64,000 nucleotides of DNA from Chthoniobacterales bacterium (GCA_019747895.1 JAIEQF010000008.1:13501-77500), one strand, 5' to 3'. Counted from the stretch's first letter, positions 49,629-60,433 are shown. Notes: generated by a model from the letters alone, not told the origin. A program made the numbers and translations.

Positions 49629-52121
49629 ACCTTTTTTCACTCTCTTTAAGTCAATGCGCTGCGCAGCAGCTTCCACAAGCTCTGCCACACGACGTTTGAG
49701 GCGGTAGGCGAGAACAAGAAAGAGGAAGAGCAGGGCTGCGTAGCTGGCCAAGTACCACGGCGTTCCGGCAGCACCGGTCACAAATTGATAGGTCAGGTAG
49801 CTCAGGACTAAAAGATTTACCAAAATCGTTGTCGCTACCATGCGTGTGGAGAGGCCAACACGCGTCAGGCATTTGGGGCCACCATGATATTCAGTTACGC
49901 TGCGCAACCGAATTCCCCACCAGAAGCTGCCGTAGATTTGGATGTCCCATTCTTTCCAGCCAGTATCGAGAGAGTAACTCCATCCTTCATCTTCCAAAGC
50001 TGCAATGATGACTTGGAGGAGCGTCTCACGTCCTTTGCCCTCTTCATTCCAAAAATTCAAGCGCGAGTTGCCACGAATGTTACTCGGTAAAAAATCTTTT
50101 TCCTTAGCCGAGATGACCGACTCGGGAGTCCGCTTAAATTTCAACCACGTGAAATAGCGAGCCCAGCCCCGAACAAGCGGCTGGCTGAGTGCTAAGAACG
50201 CAACGAGCAATCGAGCGCTGATCGTATCAAAACGAGGCTCAAGCTTGGCATGGATCATGTACGAGAGAGAAACCAAGAGCGTTCCTCCTAGCATAATGAA
50301 GGAGACAATGCCCAGCGCAGGGAAGGGCCACGAAAGCAGGAAAATAAAGACGGTGAGGGCCACCCACTCAATACTGCTCAAATAAGCAGCGAGATCGGAC
50401 TGGGCTGAAGGATAAATGCATTGGAAAAGACCTTCTCCAAAAATGCCATGGTAGATGACAGGATGATTGATGAGCCAAGTGAAACGAGGTGCTCCATAAA
50501 CTTGGCCTTTCCATTTTGCCGTGCCGGTCGGTCCAAAGAAAATGAGGTGTTTAAAACGAAGTAATGACTCTGCTTCGCCATAGCCCTCTTGCTGTTTACG
50601 AAATGCTTTGAGCGTGAAGCGACGATAATGCCAGACAATGGCGGCTGGACTGAAAGCAATGATCTGGCCTTCTTGTTGAAGACGCCAACAAAAATCGACA
50701 TCATCTCCTGCTTTTCGATATTCCGGATCAAAACCTCCGATACGCTCGAAGGCCCAACGATGAAAAGCCATGTTGCATCCGGGAATATGTTCTGCAATCA
50801 CATCGGTCAATAAGACATGACTTGGTCCACCGGGAGCAGCCGCCACGCAGGCTTGGTGCCAGTTTTCCGCAGGAGGAGAAATATTGGGCCCACCGACGCC
50901 AGCGTAATTTCCAGAGAGGAGTGTTCCCACCAAGTAAAAAAGCCAATCAGGATCAGCCATGCAATCCGAATCGGTGTAGGCTAAAATTTCTCCCGTCGCT
51001 GCAGCAGCTCCCACATTACGTGCGACACTGAGTCCCTTGTTCGGTTGCGTAATTGCATGGACCCACTGATGGTTTTTTAAAATTTCTTGCGTGTTGTCGG
51101 TCGAGCCATCATCCACAACGATGACTTCATAATCGGGATAATCAATTTTTTGGAGCGACTGCAAACAAGCCTCCAATGTTTGTCCTCCATTATAGCTGCA
51201 GACGATAACAGAAACCTTAGGCTGTTTTTCCAAATGTACTTGATGGGTGATGGAACCTTCACTCGAAAAAAATCGTTCCGCCACTGCGAGCGCTTTTTTA
51301 GGTGTACGATCACGTCGCACTAAACCAAAATTCCAATCCAAAATTTCTTGTCCACCGCGATGCCATTCATCAGTCCATGCATAAAGAATCGTGCCAGCAA
51401 GGCCACCTCTAACAACGGACTCGAGGTGCCATTCCATGAGTTCAGCCTGCTTCTCTTCGGAGTTACGAATTGTATCCATTCCAAACTCTCCCATGATGAG
51501 CGGTTTGTCCTCGGCGAGATTTTGAAGACGCGCTAAGTAACGTTCAAAATCGTCACGGCGTTCTAGATAAACATTGAATGTTAAAAAATCGACGTTCTGC
51601 GGCAAGAGGTATTCTGTTGGAGGAAAACTCGCATACGAATAGAGAGCAAGGGGATCTTCTCGTCGAGCGATCGTAATGAGATGTTCCAAAAATTCCGTGA
51701 CGCGCTTGGCGCCAAGCCACCGAACCATCGAAGAGGGGACTTCATTGCCGACTAGGTATCCAAAAATAGCAGGGTGACCTTGATTTGCTCGAACCGTTTT
51801 AATTACCGCTTCTTCCACAGCGGCACGGACCTTGCGATCATTCAAAAACTCAACATGCTCCATCCAGGGAATGCTCAAAAGAACTTTGAGGCCATGCTCA
51901 TGACAAAGATCCAGGAACCAGCGAGGAGGGGGCGTGTAGGGGCGAAGAAGATTGGCACCCGTTTTAGCAATAGTCGTTAAATCACGATTCGCCTGCTCTG
52001 GCGTCCCGTATTGATGGCCCTCCGCGTCAGGCGCAAAAGGACCATAGGTTACACCTTTGAGAAAGAATTTTTTTTCTCCTTCAAAGAAAAATTTAGAACG
52101 AACAGAGATACGGTTAGGCAT
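49626..52121 (-). CDS. Glycoside hydrolase TIM-barrel (GH2-like) / GT2 glycosyltransferase fusion, membrane-bound
   Basis: N-terminal KGVTYGPF, VGNE and GEFG motifs; GT2 VSVIVCSYNG, VVDDGSTD, YTDSD, GDDVD; C-terminal TM helices. Confidence 0.85.
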   Translation of the reverse strand: MPNRISVRSKFFFEGEKKFFLKGVTYGPFAPDAEGHQYGTPEQANRDLTTIAKTGANLLRPYTPPPRWFLDLCHEHGLKVLLSIPWMEHVEFLNDRKVRAAVEEAVIKTVRANQGHPAIFGYLVGNEVPSSMVRWLGAKRVTEFLEHLITIARREDPLALYSYASFPPTEYLLPQNVDFLTFNVYLERRDDFERYLARLQNLAEDKPLIMGEFGMDTIRNSEEKQAELMEWHLESVVRGGLAGTILYAWTDEWHRGGQEILDWNFGLVRRDRTPKKALAVAERFFSSEGSITHQVHLEKQPKVSVIVCSYNGGQTLEACLQSLQKIDYPDYEVIVVDDGSTDNTQEILKNHQWVHAITQPNKGLSVARNVGAAAATGEILAYTDSDCMADPDWLFYLVGTLLSGNYAGVGGPNISPPAENWHQACVAAAPGGPSHVLLTDVIAEHIPGCNMAFHRWAFERIGGFDPEYRKAGDDVDFCWRLQQEGQIIAFSPAAIVWHYRRFTLKAFRKQQEGYGEAESLLRFKHLIFFGPTGTAKWKGQVYGAPRFTWLINHPVIYHGIFGEGLFQCIYPSAQSDLAAYLSSIEWVALTVFIFLLSWPFPALGIVSFIMLGGTLLVSLSYMIHAKLEPRFDTISARLLVAFLALSQPLVRGWARYFTWLKFKRTPESVISAKEKDFLPSNIRGNSRLNFWNEEGKGRETLLQVIIAALEDEGWSYSLDTGWKEWDIQIYGSFWWGIRLRSVTEYHGGPKCLTRVGLSTRMVATTILVNLLVLSYLTYQFVTGAAGTPWYLASYAALLFLFLVLAYRLKRRVAELVEAAAQRIDLKRVKKG

Positions 52122-52134
52122 GGGAAGAACGATT

Positions 52135-52165
52135 TAGCCACAAAGAGCACAAAGAAATCAAAGAA
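52135..52165. repeat. Solo left arm of the GCCACAAAG family
   Basis: TAGCCACAAAGAGCACAAAGAAATCAAAGAA, nearly identical to 30196-30226. Confidence 0.75.
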
Positions 52166-52248
52166 TAAAAAATAAAAATTAAAAGTCAGGATTTTTATTT
52201 CATTCACTTTGTTCATTCACTACAATTCGCCGTTTTATCCAAACCAAA

Positions 52249-52560
52249 ATGAAAATTCCCAATGGTGAAGTTGCTTTTATTGACGAAACTAAATTATCAG
52301 GATATTGCCTCAATGAGCTTCATCCCATGGGACGGCATAAGGCTCGCGTTTTTCAAGCTGTAGAAATTTCTGATTCAGTTATTTTAAGAGAACTTTTGTT
52401 GGAAGCGATCTGTTCGGAACAAGCAGTTTTTGAAAGAGTTAATGAATACGGTACATTTTATAGCATTGCTTTTTATTTTAATTGTGCATTAATCAAAAGT
52501 GTTTGGATGATTAGAGCAGAAGAAAATTTTCCACGTTTAGTAACTTGTTATGTCGCATAG
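52249..52560 (+). CDS. DUF6883-like small protein (putative toxin/nuclease)
   Basis: KLSGYCLNELHPMGRHKARVF ... SVW ... PRLVTCY pattern. Confidence 0.7.
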   Translation: MKIPNGEVAFIDETKLSGYCLNELHPMGRHKARVFQAVEISDSVILRELLLEAICSEQAVFERVNEYGTFYSIAFYFNCALIKSVWMIRAEENFPRLVTCYVA

Positions 52561-52777
52561 TATGAAAAAGTTTTTTAACTTATATGATGTTGTCAGTTTG
52601 GTAAAACCCTACGGAAGATTTTGCCAAGGTGCTATAGGAACTATTGTCGAGAGACTCAATCAGGAGACTTATTTAGTCGAATTCTGTGACAAGAAAGGTC
52701 GCACATTAGATTTAGTTCCTCTTGAAGGAAATGAGATCTCAAAGCTTAGAAAAGATCAGGCCTTAGTTGCGGCCTAG
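52550..52777 (+). CDS. DUF4926-like small protein
   Basis: LYDVVSL...GAIGTIVE...YLVEFCD..G pattern; overlaps the upstream gene. Confidence 0.72.
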   Translation: MSHSMKKFFNLYDVVSLVKPYGRFCQGAIGTIVERLNQETYLVEFCDKKGRTLDLVPLEGNEISKLRKDQALVAA

Positions 52778-54051
52778 ATTGTTTTCAAAATCTCTGCCAC
52801 AACCTCCGCTGTCCTCCCAATCAACTCCGGTGTGTGCGCAAGGCTGATAAATCCCGCCTCAAATTGCGATGGCGCAAAGAAAACACCACGCTCTAGGCAG
52901 CCCTGGAAAAATTTTCCAAACTCTTCCATGCGGCATTTTTTGGCATCGGCTAAATTACGAATCGGACCTTCATGGAAAAAGAGACAGAACATCGAACCCA
53001 TGCGATGAAAAGTGAATGGTTTGTTTTTAATGATCTCTCGAACTCCTTGTTCAAAAAGAGCTCCCAACTCTTCCAATTTTTTCCAGCCATCGATCCTCTC
53101 GAGTTCTCCCAGTTGAGCCAGACCAGCAGCTAAGGCGAGGGGATTTCCCGAGAGCGTTCCCGCCTGATAGACAGGACCTGTGGGGGCTAGTTGATCCATA
53201 ATCTCTGCACGTCCACCAAAAGCCCCAACGGGAAGTCCTCCGCCAATGACTTTGCCTAATGCCGTGAGATCAGGTTTGATGCCGCATCGTTCTTGAAAAC
53301 CGCCAGGTGCCAAACGAAAACCAGTCATCACTTCGTCAAAAATGAGGAGCGCACCATGAGCTGCACAAAGTTCTCGAAGACCTTCCAAAAATCCTGGCTC
53401 CGGCAAATAAAGCCCAGCGTTTCCTGGAATAGGTTCGACAATAATCGCTGCAATTTCAGAACCATATTTGTCAAAAGCCTGCTCCACGGCAGCTAGATCG
53501 TTAAAAGGAAGCGTCATGGTCAACGCAGCAAGGGCCGCTGGCACGCCCGCACTATCAGGATACCCGAAGGTTAGCGCTCCGCTTCCAGCTTTGACAAGAA
53601 GAGAGTCGACATGACCATGATAGCAACCTTCAAACTTGATGATGCGATCACGTCCTGTCGCGCCTCGCGCCAAACGGATACACGACATGGTGGCTTCCGT
53701 GCCACTATTGACCATGCGCACTTTTTCCACTGACAGAACCATACGACAAATCGTTTGAGCCATCTCCACTTCCAAAGCATGAGGAGTTCCAAAACTCATG
53801 CCGCATCCGGCTGCCTCGCGGACCGCTTCCACAACAACCGCTGGCGCATGCCCTAAAATAGCTGGTCCCCATGTTCCTACATAATCAATTAATTTTTTTT
53901 CTTCTACTGTCGTGAGCGTGGCACCTTGAGCTGACTTCACAAAAAAAGGATGACCTCCCACCGCACGAAAGGCTCGCACCGGAGAATTAACACCACCAGG
54001 AATCCAGCGCAATGCTTCGGACCATAAAGAAAGGCTGGAGGAAGAAGACAT
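52774..54051 (-). CDS. hemL: Glutamate-1-semialdehyde 2,1-aminomutase
   Basis: [53 protein letters not shown]. Confidence 0.96.
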   Translation of the reverse strand: MSSSSSLSLWSEALRWIPGGVNSPVRAFRAVGGHPFFVKSAQGATLTTVEEKKLIDYVGTWGPAILGHAPAVVVEAVREAAGCGMSFGTPHALEVEMAQTICRMVLSVEKVRMVNSGTEATMSCIRLARGATGRDRIIKFEGCYHGHVDSLLVKAGSGALTFGYPDSAGVPAALAALTMTLPFNDLAAVEQAFDKYGSEIAAIIVEPIPGNAGLYLPEPGFLEGLRELCAAHGALLIFDEVMTGFRLAPGGFQERCGIKPDLTALGKVIGGGLPVGAFGGRAEIMDQLAPTGPVYQAGTLSGNPLALAAGLAQLGELERIDGWKKLEELGALFEQGVREIIKNKPFTFHRMGSMFCLFFHEGPIRNLADAKKCRMEEFGKFFQGCLERGVFFAPSQFEAGFISLAHTPELIGRTAEVVAEILKTI

Positions 54052-54057
54052 AAAGCA

Positions 54058-54194
54058 AGTTTATAGGTTTATGAGTTTATAGGTTTATGAAACTAGTGAA
54101 GTCGCTATCAAAGTGTCACATAAATTTTGCAATCGAAGCAATCTAACTGAACTAATTAAATAAATCATCCTGTTTTATTCTAAACCTATAAACC
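54058..54194. repeat. Inverted 8-mer-arm cassette (GTTTATAG family)
   Basis: GTTTATAG GTTTATGA GTTTATAG GTTTATG paired with CTAAAC CTATAAACC. Confidence 0.65.
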
Positions 54195-54301
54195 ATGCTG
54201 CAAAGCAGTATTAAACTTTTTTATCTTTTAATTTACTTCTTCAACCACTTTGCGTAAGCATCACGAACCTTCAACCTTAAGTAACTGCTATTGTCGCTTA
54301 C

Positions 54302-54721
54302 TTGGCCTCATTAGGTCTCGGTGCCTCAGCTAGCACGATCAACACGGCCGCGGCTATTGCAAAATATGGAGCAGGTACTTTAATCGCTATTGTTGCTATG
54401 GCAGTGGTTCCAGAATTGATTGGGCATGGCATTGAAGGACATGCTAGAGCTCACTTTGCTGAAGAAGGGGGCCAGAAAATGTTAGACAGCGTATTTCAAA
54501 CAGCTGAAAGACCTACTATTGCTTCTCTTCAAGCTAAACAAACAAGTTGTATTGTCAAAGGCATCAAATATGTTGGAAATAGAATCAGCAGCTTCGTGAG
54601 CGATAAAGTTAAAGTTCTTGATGAAAGCTGGGAAAATTTCCAAATCGGAATCAGAAATGGAGGAGTTGCAGATATAGTCAAATTACTTAGAACTTACAAG
54701 CAATTGACTTGTCCTTTTTAG
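54302..54721 (+). pseudogene. Probable fragment of a decayed orphan gene
   Basis: Protein-like ORF with only a TTG start; further short open fragments to about 55000. Confidence 0.4.
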
Positions 54722-55089
54722 GAAAAGACTGCGTTCTCATCCCGTCACGTTATCGTTTGGATAGCGCTCGGTCTTCGGCCTGGCCTTTTCTAAAAATTCC
54801 TGCGTTCTTCCCTGTAATTTCTAAGTAATTTGACTATAATGATGAAATGGGAAGCATTACTACACCTTCAAGTGATTCAAGAAGACAAAGCCTCAACAGG
54901 AGCTCATATTATCAAGTTTCTCAAGTCGATGATCTAAATCCATCTGGACGTGATCTTCACACTTTAGGCAGAACAAGGAGGAGGAAGTTCTGTTGACAAC
55001 AGGCTCTTGGGAAAGGAAGTAAAGTCTCTTGAAGCCAAGAGGCTTTGGTAACTTTGATTAACTTCAACTTTAATTTTATTATATGCAAC

Positions 55090-55118
55090 CGTCATTCCCG
55101 CGAACGCGGGAACCCAGG
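55090..55118. repeat. Solo CGTC-tagged REP-like palindrome
   Basis: CGTCATTCCCGCGAACGCGGGAACCCAGG. Confidence 0.75.
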
Positions 55119-55213
55119 AGATGGTCTGTACAAAAAGCGAGAACAAGCAATCGGAAAAAATCTCTCAAAACACTTCTTCCTTCAGCCCTTAGCCTTCAGT
55201 CTTCAGCCTCTCC

Positions 55214-56137
55214 CTACTTACTCCACTCCAACATCCGTCGTAGTGGCATCTCCGCGCGCGCGCGCAACTTCTCCGGCAACACAATCTCCGGGCTCAAATC
55301 CCTCAAGCACCGATAAAGCTTTTCCAACGTATTCATCTTCATGAAGCGGCACTCGGCACAGGCGCAATGATCAGTCGGGCCTGGAATGAAGGTTTTACCT
55401 GGGATTTCGCGACGAAGGCGATGGAGCATCCCTTCTTCGGTAACGATGACAAAAGCCGTCGCTGGAGAATTTTTACAATAAGAGATCATCTTCTCCGTCG
55501 AACAAACCTCATCAGCTAAGAGTCTCACGGCATAAGGGCACTCAGGGTGGGCGACTACTTTAGCATCCGGATGATCTTTGCGAGCCCGATCGATGCTATC
55601 GCGAGTGAATTCGACATGGACGTGACAGTTTCCCTTCCAAAGTTCCATCGGGCGTCCTGTCTGCTCGATGACCCAGGCTCCCAAATTTTGATCAGGTGCA
55701 AAGAGGATATTGCGATCTTTTGGAACATGAGAAACAATCTTCACCGCATTGCCACTCGTACAGATGACGTCAGAAAGCGCTTTGACCGCAGCGCTGCAGT
55801 TGATGTAAGAAACAACATAGTAATTTTTTTCTACATGCTTTTTCAAAAAAGCTTCAAGAGCTTCTGCCGAACAAGAGTCAGCCAAAGAGCAGCCGGCATT
55901 AAGATCAGGCAAGATAACTTTTTTACTTGGGTTAACAATCTTGGCTGTCTCTCCCATGAAGTGAACACCACAAAAAGCAATCACATCGGCATCGGTTTGA
56001 GCCGCTTGATTGCTGAGTCCCAGCGAGTCACCAACATAATCAGCGACTTCTTGAATAGCGGCTATTTGATAGTTGTGAGCGAGAATGACGGCATTGCGCT
56101 CTTTTTTGAGGCGTTGAATTTCGGAAAATAAGTTCAT
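55214..56137 (-). CDS. nadA: Quinolinate synthase
   Basis: ILAHNYQ, FCGVHFMGETAK, AGCSLA, YINCSA, AHPEC, C..MKMNTL; start placed at MNLFSEIQ. Confidence 0.95.
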   Translation of the reverse strand: MNLFSEIQRLKKERNAVILAHNYQIAAIQEVADYVGDSLGLSNQAAQTDADVIAFCGVHFMGETAKIVNPSKKVILPDLNAGCSLADSCSAEALEAFLKKHVEKNYYVVSYINCSAAVKALSDVICTSGNAVKIVSHVPKDRNILFAPDQNLGAWVIEQTGRPMELWKGNCHVHVEFTRDSIDRARKDHPDAKVVAHPECPYAVRLLADEVCSTEKMISYCKNSPATAFVIVTEEGMLHRLRREIPGKTFIPGPTDHCACAECRFMKMNTLEKLYRCLRDLSPEIVLPEKLRARAEMPLRRMLEWSK

Positions 56138-56174
56138 AGCGTAAGCTAAAAGTGAGAAGAAAAAGACTGCAGGA

Positions 56175-56319
56175 AAAACTGTTTCAGAAAATCGCTGATG
56201 GGGATGAAGAGCAAGGAGTGACGGCGCACAGCGACTGAGTGTATAGTTAATACTCGATGGCGCGAGCACCGGCGCGACACAGCTCTTCGCCTCATCAGTA
56301 GATTTTATGAGGCAGTTTT
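56175..56319 (-). mobile_element. Second RPE-1-like palindromic element, overlapping the acnA 3' end
   Basis: Imperfect TIR AAAACTGTTTCAGAAAATC / GATTTTATGAGGCAGTTTT; core homologous to 1049-1105. Confidence 0.82.
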
Positions 56320-59100
56320 CATCAGTTGGCGGAGGATGAACGGCAGAATCCCGCCATGTTTATAGTAATCAATCTCAATCGGTGTATCGATCCGTACTTT
56401 CACAGAAATCTCCTCAGGACGCCCATCTTTCCTAGTGATGCGCAGCTTCAAATCTTGGCGAGGCTCTAATTTTTCAGAAAGGCCCAGGACATCGTAGCTT
56501 TCGGTCCCATCGAGTTTGAGTGACTCTGCATTCGTTCCTTCCATGAATTGCAGCGGCAGCACGCCCATGCCAACAAGGTTGGAACGATGGATGCGCTCGT
56601 AACTGCTGGCCACGACAGCACGCACTCCGAGGAGTTGTGTTCCTTTAGCAGCCCAGTCCCGGCTGCTTCCAGTTCCATATTCTTGGCCAGCGATGATGAT
56701 GAGGGGAGTTTTTTCTTGAGCGTAACGTTGAGCAGCGTCGAAGATGCTCATGCGCTCGCCATCAGGTTGATGAACTGTTTCGCCCCCTTCAACGCCAGGA
56801 AGCATGAGATTTTTAATTCGCACATTGGCAAACGTCCCACGCGTCATCACGCGATCATTGCCGCGACGACTTCCGTAGCTATTGAAATCTTCTGACTTCA
56901 CTCCTTGCTCGATCAAGTAAACACCAGCAGGAGATTGCTTCTTAATCGCACCGGCAGGAGAGATGTGATCTGTCGTAACCGAGTCTCCAAAGATGGCTAA
57001 TGTACGAGCACCTTCGATGCTTTTAATTGGTGAGGGTTTCGATTCAAAGTTTTCGAAGAAGGGAGGCTCTTGAATATAAGTACTCTTGTCATTCCAGGAA
57101 TAAGTCTCTCCCGTTGACGAGGGGATCTCATTCCATTTTGGATTTTGTCCTGCAAAGTCGGAGTAATATTTTAGGAACGTTTCTGGTGTTAACGCATTCT
57201 TCAAAGCCGTCCGAATTTCCGCCAGACTTGGCCAGATGTCTTTGAGGAAAGTTGGGTTCTTGTTTTTGTCAAAGCCAATGGGGTCTTTCGAGAAATCAAT
57301 ATTTACTCGGCCAGCCAATGCGAAGGCGACGACAAGTGGTGGTGACATCAGGAAATTGGCCTTGATGGCAGGATGGATGCGCGCTTCAAAATTCCGATTA
57401 CCCGAGAGGACAGCTGCTGTCACGAGATTATGATCTTGAATGGCTTTTTCAATTTCTGGTTGCAACGGACCTGAGTTGCCAATGCAGGTGGTGCAACCAT
57501 AAGCCACCGTTTGAAAACCAAGCTTGTCGAGGTAGGGCTGCAATCCTGTTTTTTCAAGATAGCTTGTCACGACGCGGGAACCAGGTGCCAGCGAGGTTTT
57601 GACTGAGCTGTCGATTGTCAAGCCATGCTCAATGGCCTTCTTTGCTAGCAAGCCAGCAGCGACCATCACGGAAGGATTGCTGGTGTTGGTGCAACTCGTG
57701 ATCGCTGCGATCAAGACTGCGCCATGACCAAGAGCTGATCCTTTTTCATGAAATGGGCTTTCTGGCATCTGCTCAAGGTGATCGGGTGTGGGGCGATCGT
57801 GAACCATCTCTTGTTCATCTGTTGACAATTTGTGATGAGAGGCAATGTGAGCTTTGACATCGAGATGATTTTTATCAATGCCATAGCCGCCTTCCGCAGC
57901 ACTTTTTTCGAGCAATGTTGAAAAGGTCTTCTGCACTTCGGACAAGTTAATCCGATCTTGTGGACGCTTTGGCCCAGCAATGCTTGGCTGAATGCTGCCG
58001 AGATCAAGCTCCAGATTGACGCTATAGTCGAGCTGACCTTTTTGTGGCATACCAAAGAGACCTTGCGCTTTAAAATAATTTTCAAAAGCAGCACATTGCT
58101 CTGCTGTTCTTCCAGTCGCTTTCATGTAAGCGATCGATTCCTCATCGACGGGAAAAATGGCAATCGTTGCTCCATATTCCGGAGCCATGTTCGCAATCGT
58201 ACCGCGATCGGGAAGAGAAAGTTTGGCGGCACCTTCACCATAAAATTCCACAAATTTCCCAACGACTTTAGCCGCGCGTAACATCTGCGTGACATGAAGC
58301 GCCAAGTCTGTTGCGGTAACGCCTTCGGAAAGTTCGCCGCTCAAATGCACGCCGACCACCTCTGGAGTCAGGAAATAAACGGGTTGTCCAAGCATGCCAG
58401 CCTCAGCTTCGATGCCACCAACGCCCCAGCCGACAATGCCCAAGCCATTGATCATCGTCGTGTGGGAGTCGGTCCCAACGAGCGTGTCGGGGTAGTAGAT
58501 TTTCCCTTGAGCTGTCTCTGCGTGGAGCACACCTTGCGCGAGGCATTCCAAATTGACTTGATGCACAATGCCGATGCCAGGAGGGACGATCCCAAAAGTT
58601 TTGAAAGCTTGTTGTCCCCACTTGAGAAATTCATAACGCTCACGGTTGCGTTGAAACTCCATTTCTAAATTGAGGTTCATCGCATCAGCCCGTCCGTAAT
58701 AATCAACTTGTACGGAGTGATCGACGACGAGGTCGACAGGCACAAGCGGTTCTACAGAACTTGGCTTTCCACCCAGGCGCTTGATCGCGCTGCGCATCGC
58801 GGCAAGATCAACGAGGAGAGGGACCCCAGTAAAATCTTGAAGCACGATCCGAGCAACGACGAAGGGAATTTCTTCTTCAACTGGTTTTTTAGCATTCCAA
58901 TTGGCAAGACGCTTCACGTCCTCCTGCGTGATTTTATGCCCATCACAATTGCGCAAGACTGATTCCAAAACAACACGAATACTAAAAGGGAGCCTAGAGA
59001 TCGGCCCCACGCCTTGCTTCTCGAGCTCTGGCAGGGAATAAAAGAATCCTTTTTGAGAGGAGGTGATTTCGAAATCGCGAAGAACGTTGAAGGGATGCAT
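56305..59100 (-). CDS. acnA: Aconitate hydratase A
   Basis: [60 protein letters not shown]. Confidence 0.97.
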   Translation of the reverse strand: MHPFNVLRDFEITSSQKGFFYSLPELEKQGVGPISRLPFSIRVVLESVLRNCDGHKITQEDVKRLANWNAKKPVEEEIPFVVARIVLQDFTGVPLLVDLAAMRSAIKRLGGKPSSVEPLVPVDLVVDHSVQVDYYGRADAMNLNLEMEFQRNRERYEFLKWGQQAFKTFGIVPPGIGIVHQVNLECLAQGVLHAETAQGKIYYPDTLVGTDSHTTMINGLGIVGWGVGGIEAEAGMLGQPVYFLTPEVVGVHLSGELSEGVTATDLALHVTQMLRAAKVVGKFVEFYGEGAAKLSLPDRGTIANMAPEYGATIAIFPVDEESIAYMKATGRTAEQCAAFENYFKAQGLFGMPQKGQLDYSVNLELDLGSIQPSIAGPKRPQDRINLSEVQKTFSTLLEKSAAEGGYGIDKNHLDVKAHIASHHKLSTDEQEMVHDRPTPDHLEQMPESPFHEKGSALGHGAVLIAAITSCTNTSNPSVMVAAGLLAKKAIEHGLTIDSSVKTSLAPGSRVVTSYLEKTGLQPYLDKLGFQTVAYGCTTCIGNSGPLQPEIEKAIQDHNLVTAAVLSGNRNFEARIHPAIKANFLMSPPLVVAFALAGRVNIDFSKDPIGFDKNKNPTFLKDIWPSLAEIRTALKNALTPETFLKYYSDFAGQNPKWNEIPSSTGETYSWNDKSTYIQEPPFFENFESKPSPIKSIEGARTLAIFGDSVTTDHISPAGAIKKQSPAGVYLIEQGVKSEDFNSYGSRRGNDRVMTRGTFANVRIKNLMLPGVEGGETVHQPDGERMSIFDAAQRYAQEKTPLIIIAGQEYGTGSSRDWAAKGTQLLGVRAVVASSYERIHRSNLVGMGVLPLQFMEGTNAESLKLDGTESYDVLGLSEKLEPRQDLKLRITRKDGRPEEISVKVRIDTPIEIDYYKHGGILPFILRQLMKTAS

Positions 59101-59149
59101 GTTAAAGTTGAAGTTGAAAGTTAAAGGTGAAGAAAGCAGAAGAAAAAAT

Positions 59150-59233
59150 TAGCCACAAAGAACCCAAAGAAACCAAAGAATAAAAACAGCTTTTATGATT
59201 TTTTTTGATCTCTTTGTGTTCTTTGTGGCCATT
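59150..59233. repeat. Inverted 9-mer-arm cassette (GCCACAAAG family)
   Basis: TAGCCACAAAGAACCCAAAGAAACCAAAG paired with TTTGATCTCTTTGTGTTCTTTGTGGCCATT. Confidence 0.8.
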
Positions 59234-59236
59234 CTC

Positions 59237-59740
59237 TTATTTCAGCGAAGCAAGAGCAGCTTTGATTTTTTCGAAGTTAGGAAGTTGTTTCGGATTGTCG
59301 CTCGACTCGGCATATTGAATGACGCCAGCGCGATCAATCACAAACGCAGAGCGCTTTGGCACGCCCTTCATTCCAAGGCCTATCTCTGGTAGAAAACTTT
59401 CGTAAGCGACGCCGTAAGCCTCTGCTACGTGATGTTCGTAATCGCTCAGCAACGTGACGTTGATTTTTTCTTTGGCAGCCCAGGCCTCTTGCGCAAAAGG
59501 ATTGTCGCCGCTAATGCCAAAAACCGTGGCGTTGAGAGCCTCATAGGCATTGAGTTCTGAGGTGACAGCACACATCTCTTCCGTGCAGACACCAGTAAAG
59601 GCCATTGGAAAAAAGAGGAGTACGACGGGACCTTTTTGGAGCGCCTCGCTCAACGTGAATTTTTTAGGACCTTCCGCTGTTTTGGAAGAGAGGGTGAAGT
59701 CAGGAGCAAGTTGAGCGACTGCGAGATTTTTTTGGGACAT
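59237..59740 (-). CDS. Peroxiredoxin (AhpC/TSA family)
   Basis: APDFTL, FFPMAFTGVCTEEMC, GISGD, LLSD, RSAFVID. Confidence 0.9.
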   Translation of the reverse strand: MSQKNLAVAQLAPDFTLSSKTAEGPKKFTLSEALQKGPVVLLFFPMAFTGVCTEEMCAVTSELNAYEALNATVFGISGDNPFAQEAWAAKEKINVTLLSDYEHHVAEAYGVAYESFLPEIGLGMKGVPKRSAFVIDRAGVIQYAESSDNPKQLPNFEKIKAALASLK

Positions 59741-59830
59741 AGGAGCAATGAAGTTAGATTGAAGTCTTGAATTAAAGTGTCTCTATTATTACCTTTTTAA
59801 ATCAAGAGTGGCAAAAAAATAATCTTTCTC

Positions 59831-60196
59831 ATGAAAAACAAAAAATGGTGGAGCTTGATTAACTTTGTTCACGCGTTTCGCGGCATTTTTTTTCTCATCA
59901 AGAGTGAGCGCAATCCAACAATCTATCTTATTGTCACAGGAATCGTTGTTCTTGCTGCGCGTCACTATCACCTCGATCGGATCGAATGGTGCCTCCTTTT
60001 GTTTGCGATCGTTCTTGTTTGGACAGCGGAAGCACTCAACACCGCGATCGAATTACTCGCCGATGAAATCAGTGAAGAAAAACGCGAACGTCTCGGAAGG
60101 GCTAAGGATGTAGCGGCTGGGGGAGTCCTTGTTGCCGCCATCATCTCGGCTGCCATTGGCATCATGGTCTTCTTGCCGCATTGGGCTTTGAGCTGA
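59831..60196 (+). CDS. dgkA: Diacylglycerol/undecaprenol kinase (DgkA family)
   Basis: HAFRGI...ERN, EALNTAIE, AKDVAAGGV. Confidence 0.88.
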   Translation: MKNKKWWSLINFVHAFRGIFFLIKSERNPTIYLIVTGIVVLAARHYHLDRIEWCLLLFAIVLVWTAEALNTAIELLADEISEEKRERLGRAKDVAAGGVLVAAIISAAIGIMVFLPHWALS

Positions 60197-60304
60197 GTTT
60201 TAAAAATCTAAATGGTGTAAACCAGTTATATTTCCCTCATAAGATGGCTTCCTTCAGACTGATAGTAACGGTTAAATAATTATTTTTTCGTTAACTATTT
60301 TATT

Positions 60305-60356
60305 CCACTCGCAACGAGGCCTTGCAGCTTCTGTTGCGAGTGGTTTTTTGTTTTTA
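60305..60356 (+). terminator. Rho-independent terminator
   Basis: CCACTCGCAAC/GTTGCGAGTGG stem followed by TTTTTTGTTTTT. Confidence 0.7.
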
Positions 60357-60433
60357 GGAGCACTATTTAAAAATTGAAGCGCTTTCAGATTGACCTTCGA
60401 GAATCTCTCTTGCACAATCGGGACTCTTTTTTA

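Noticed and set aside
56138-56269. 44-aa N-terminal extension of NadA in the ORF track
   Set aside because: It comes from the RPE-like element and spacer; the ATG at 56137 gives a normal NadA N-terminus.
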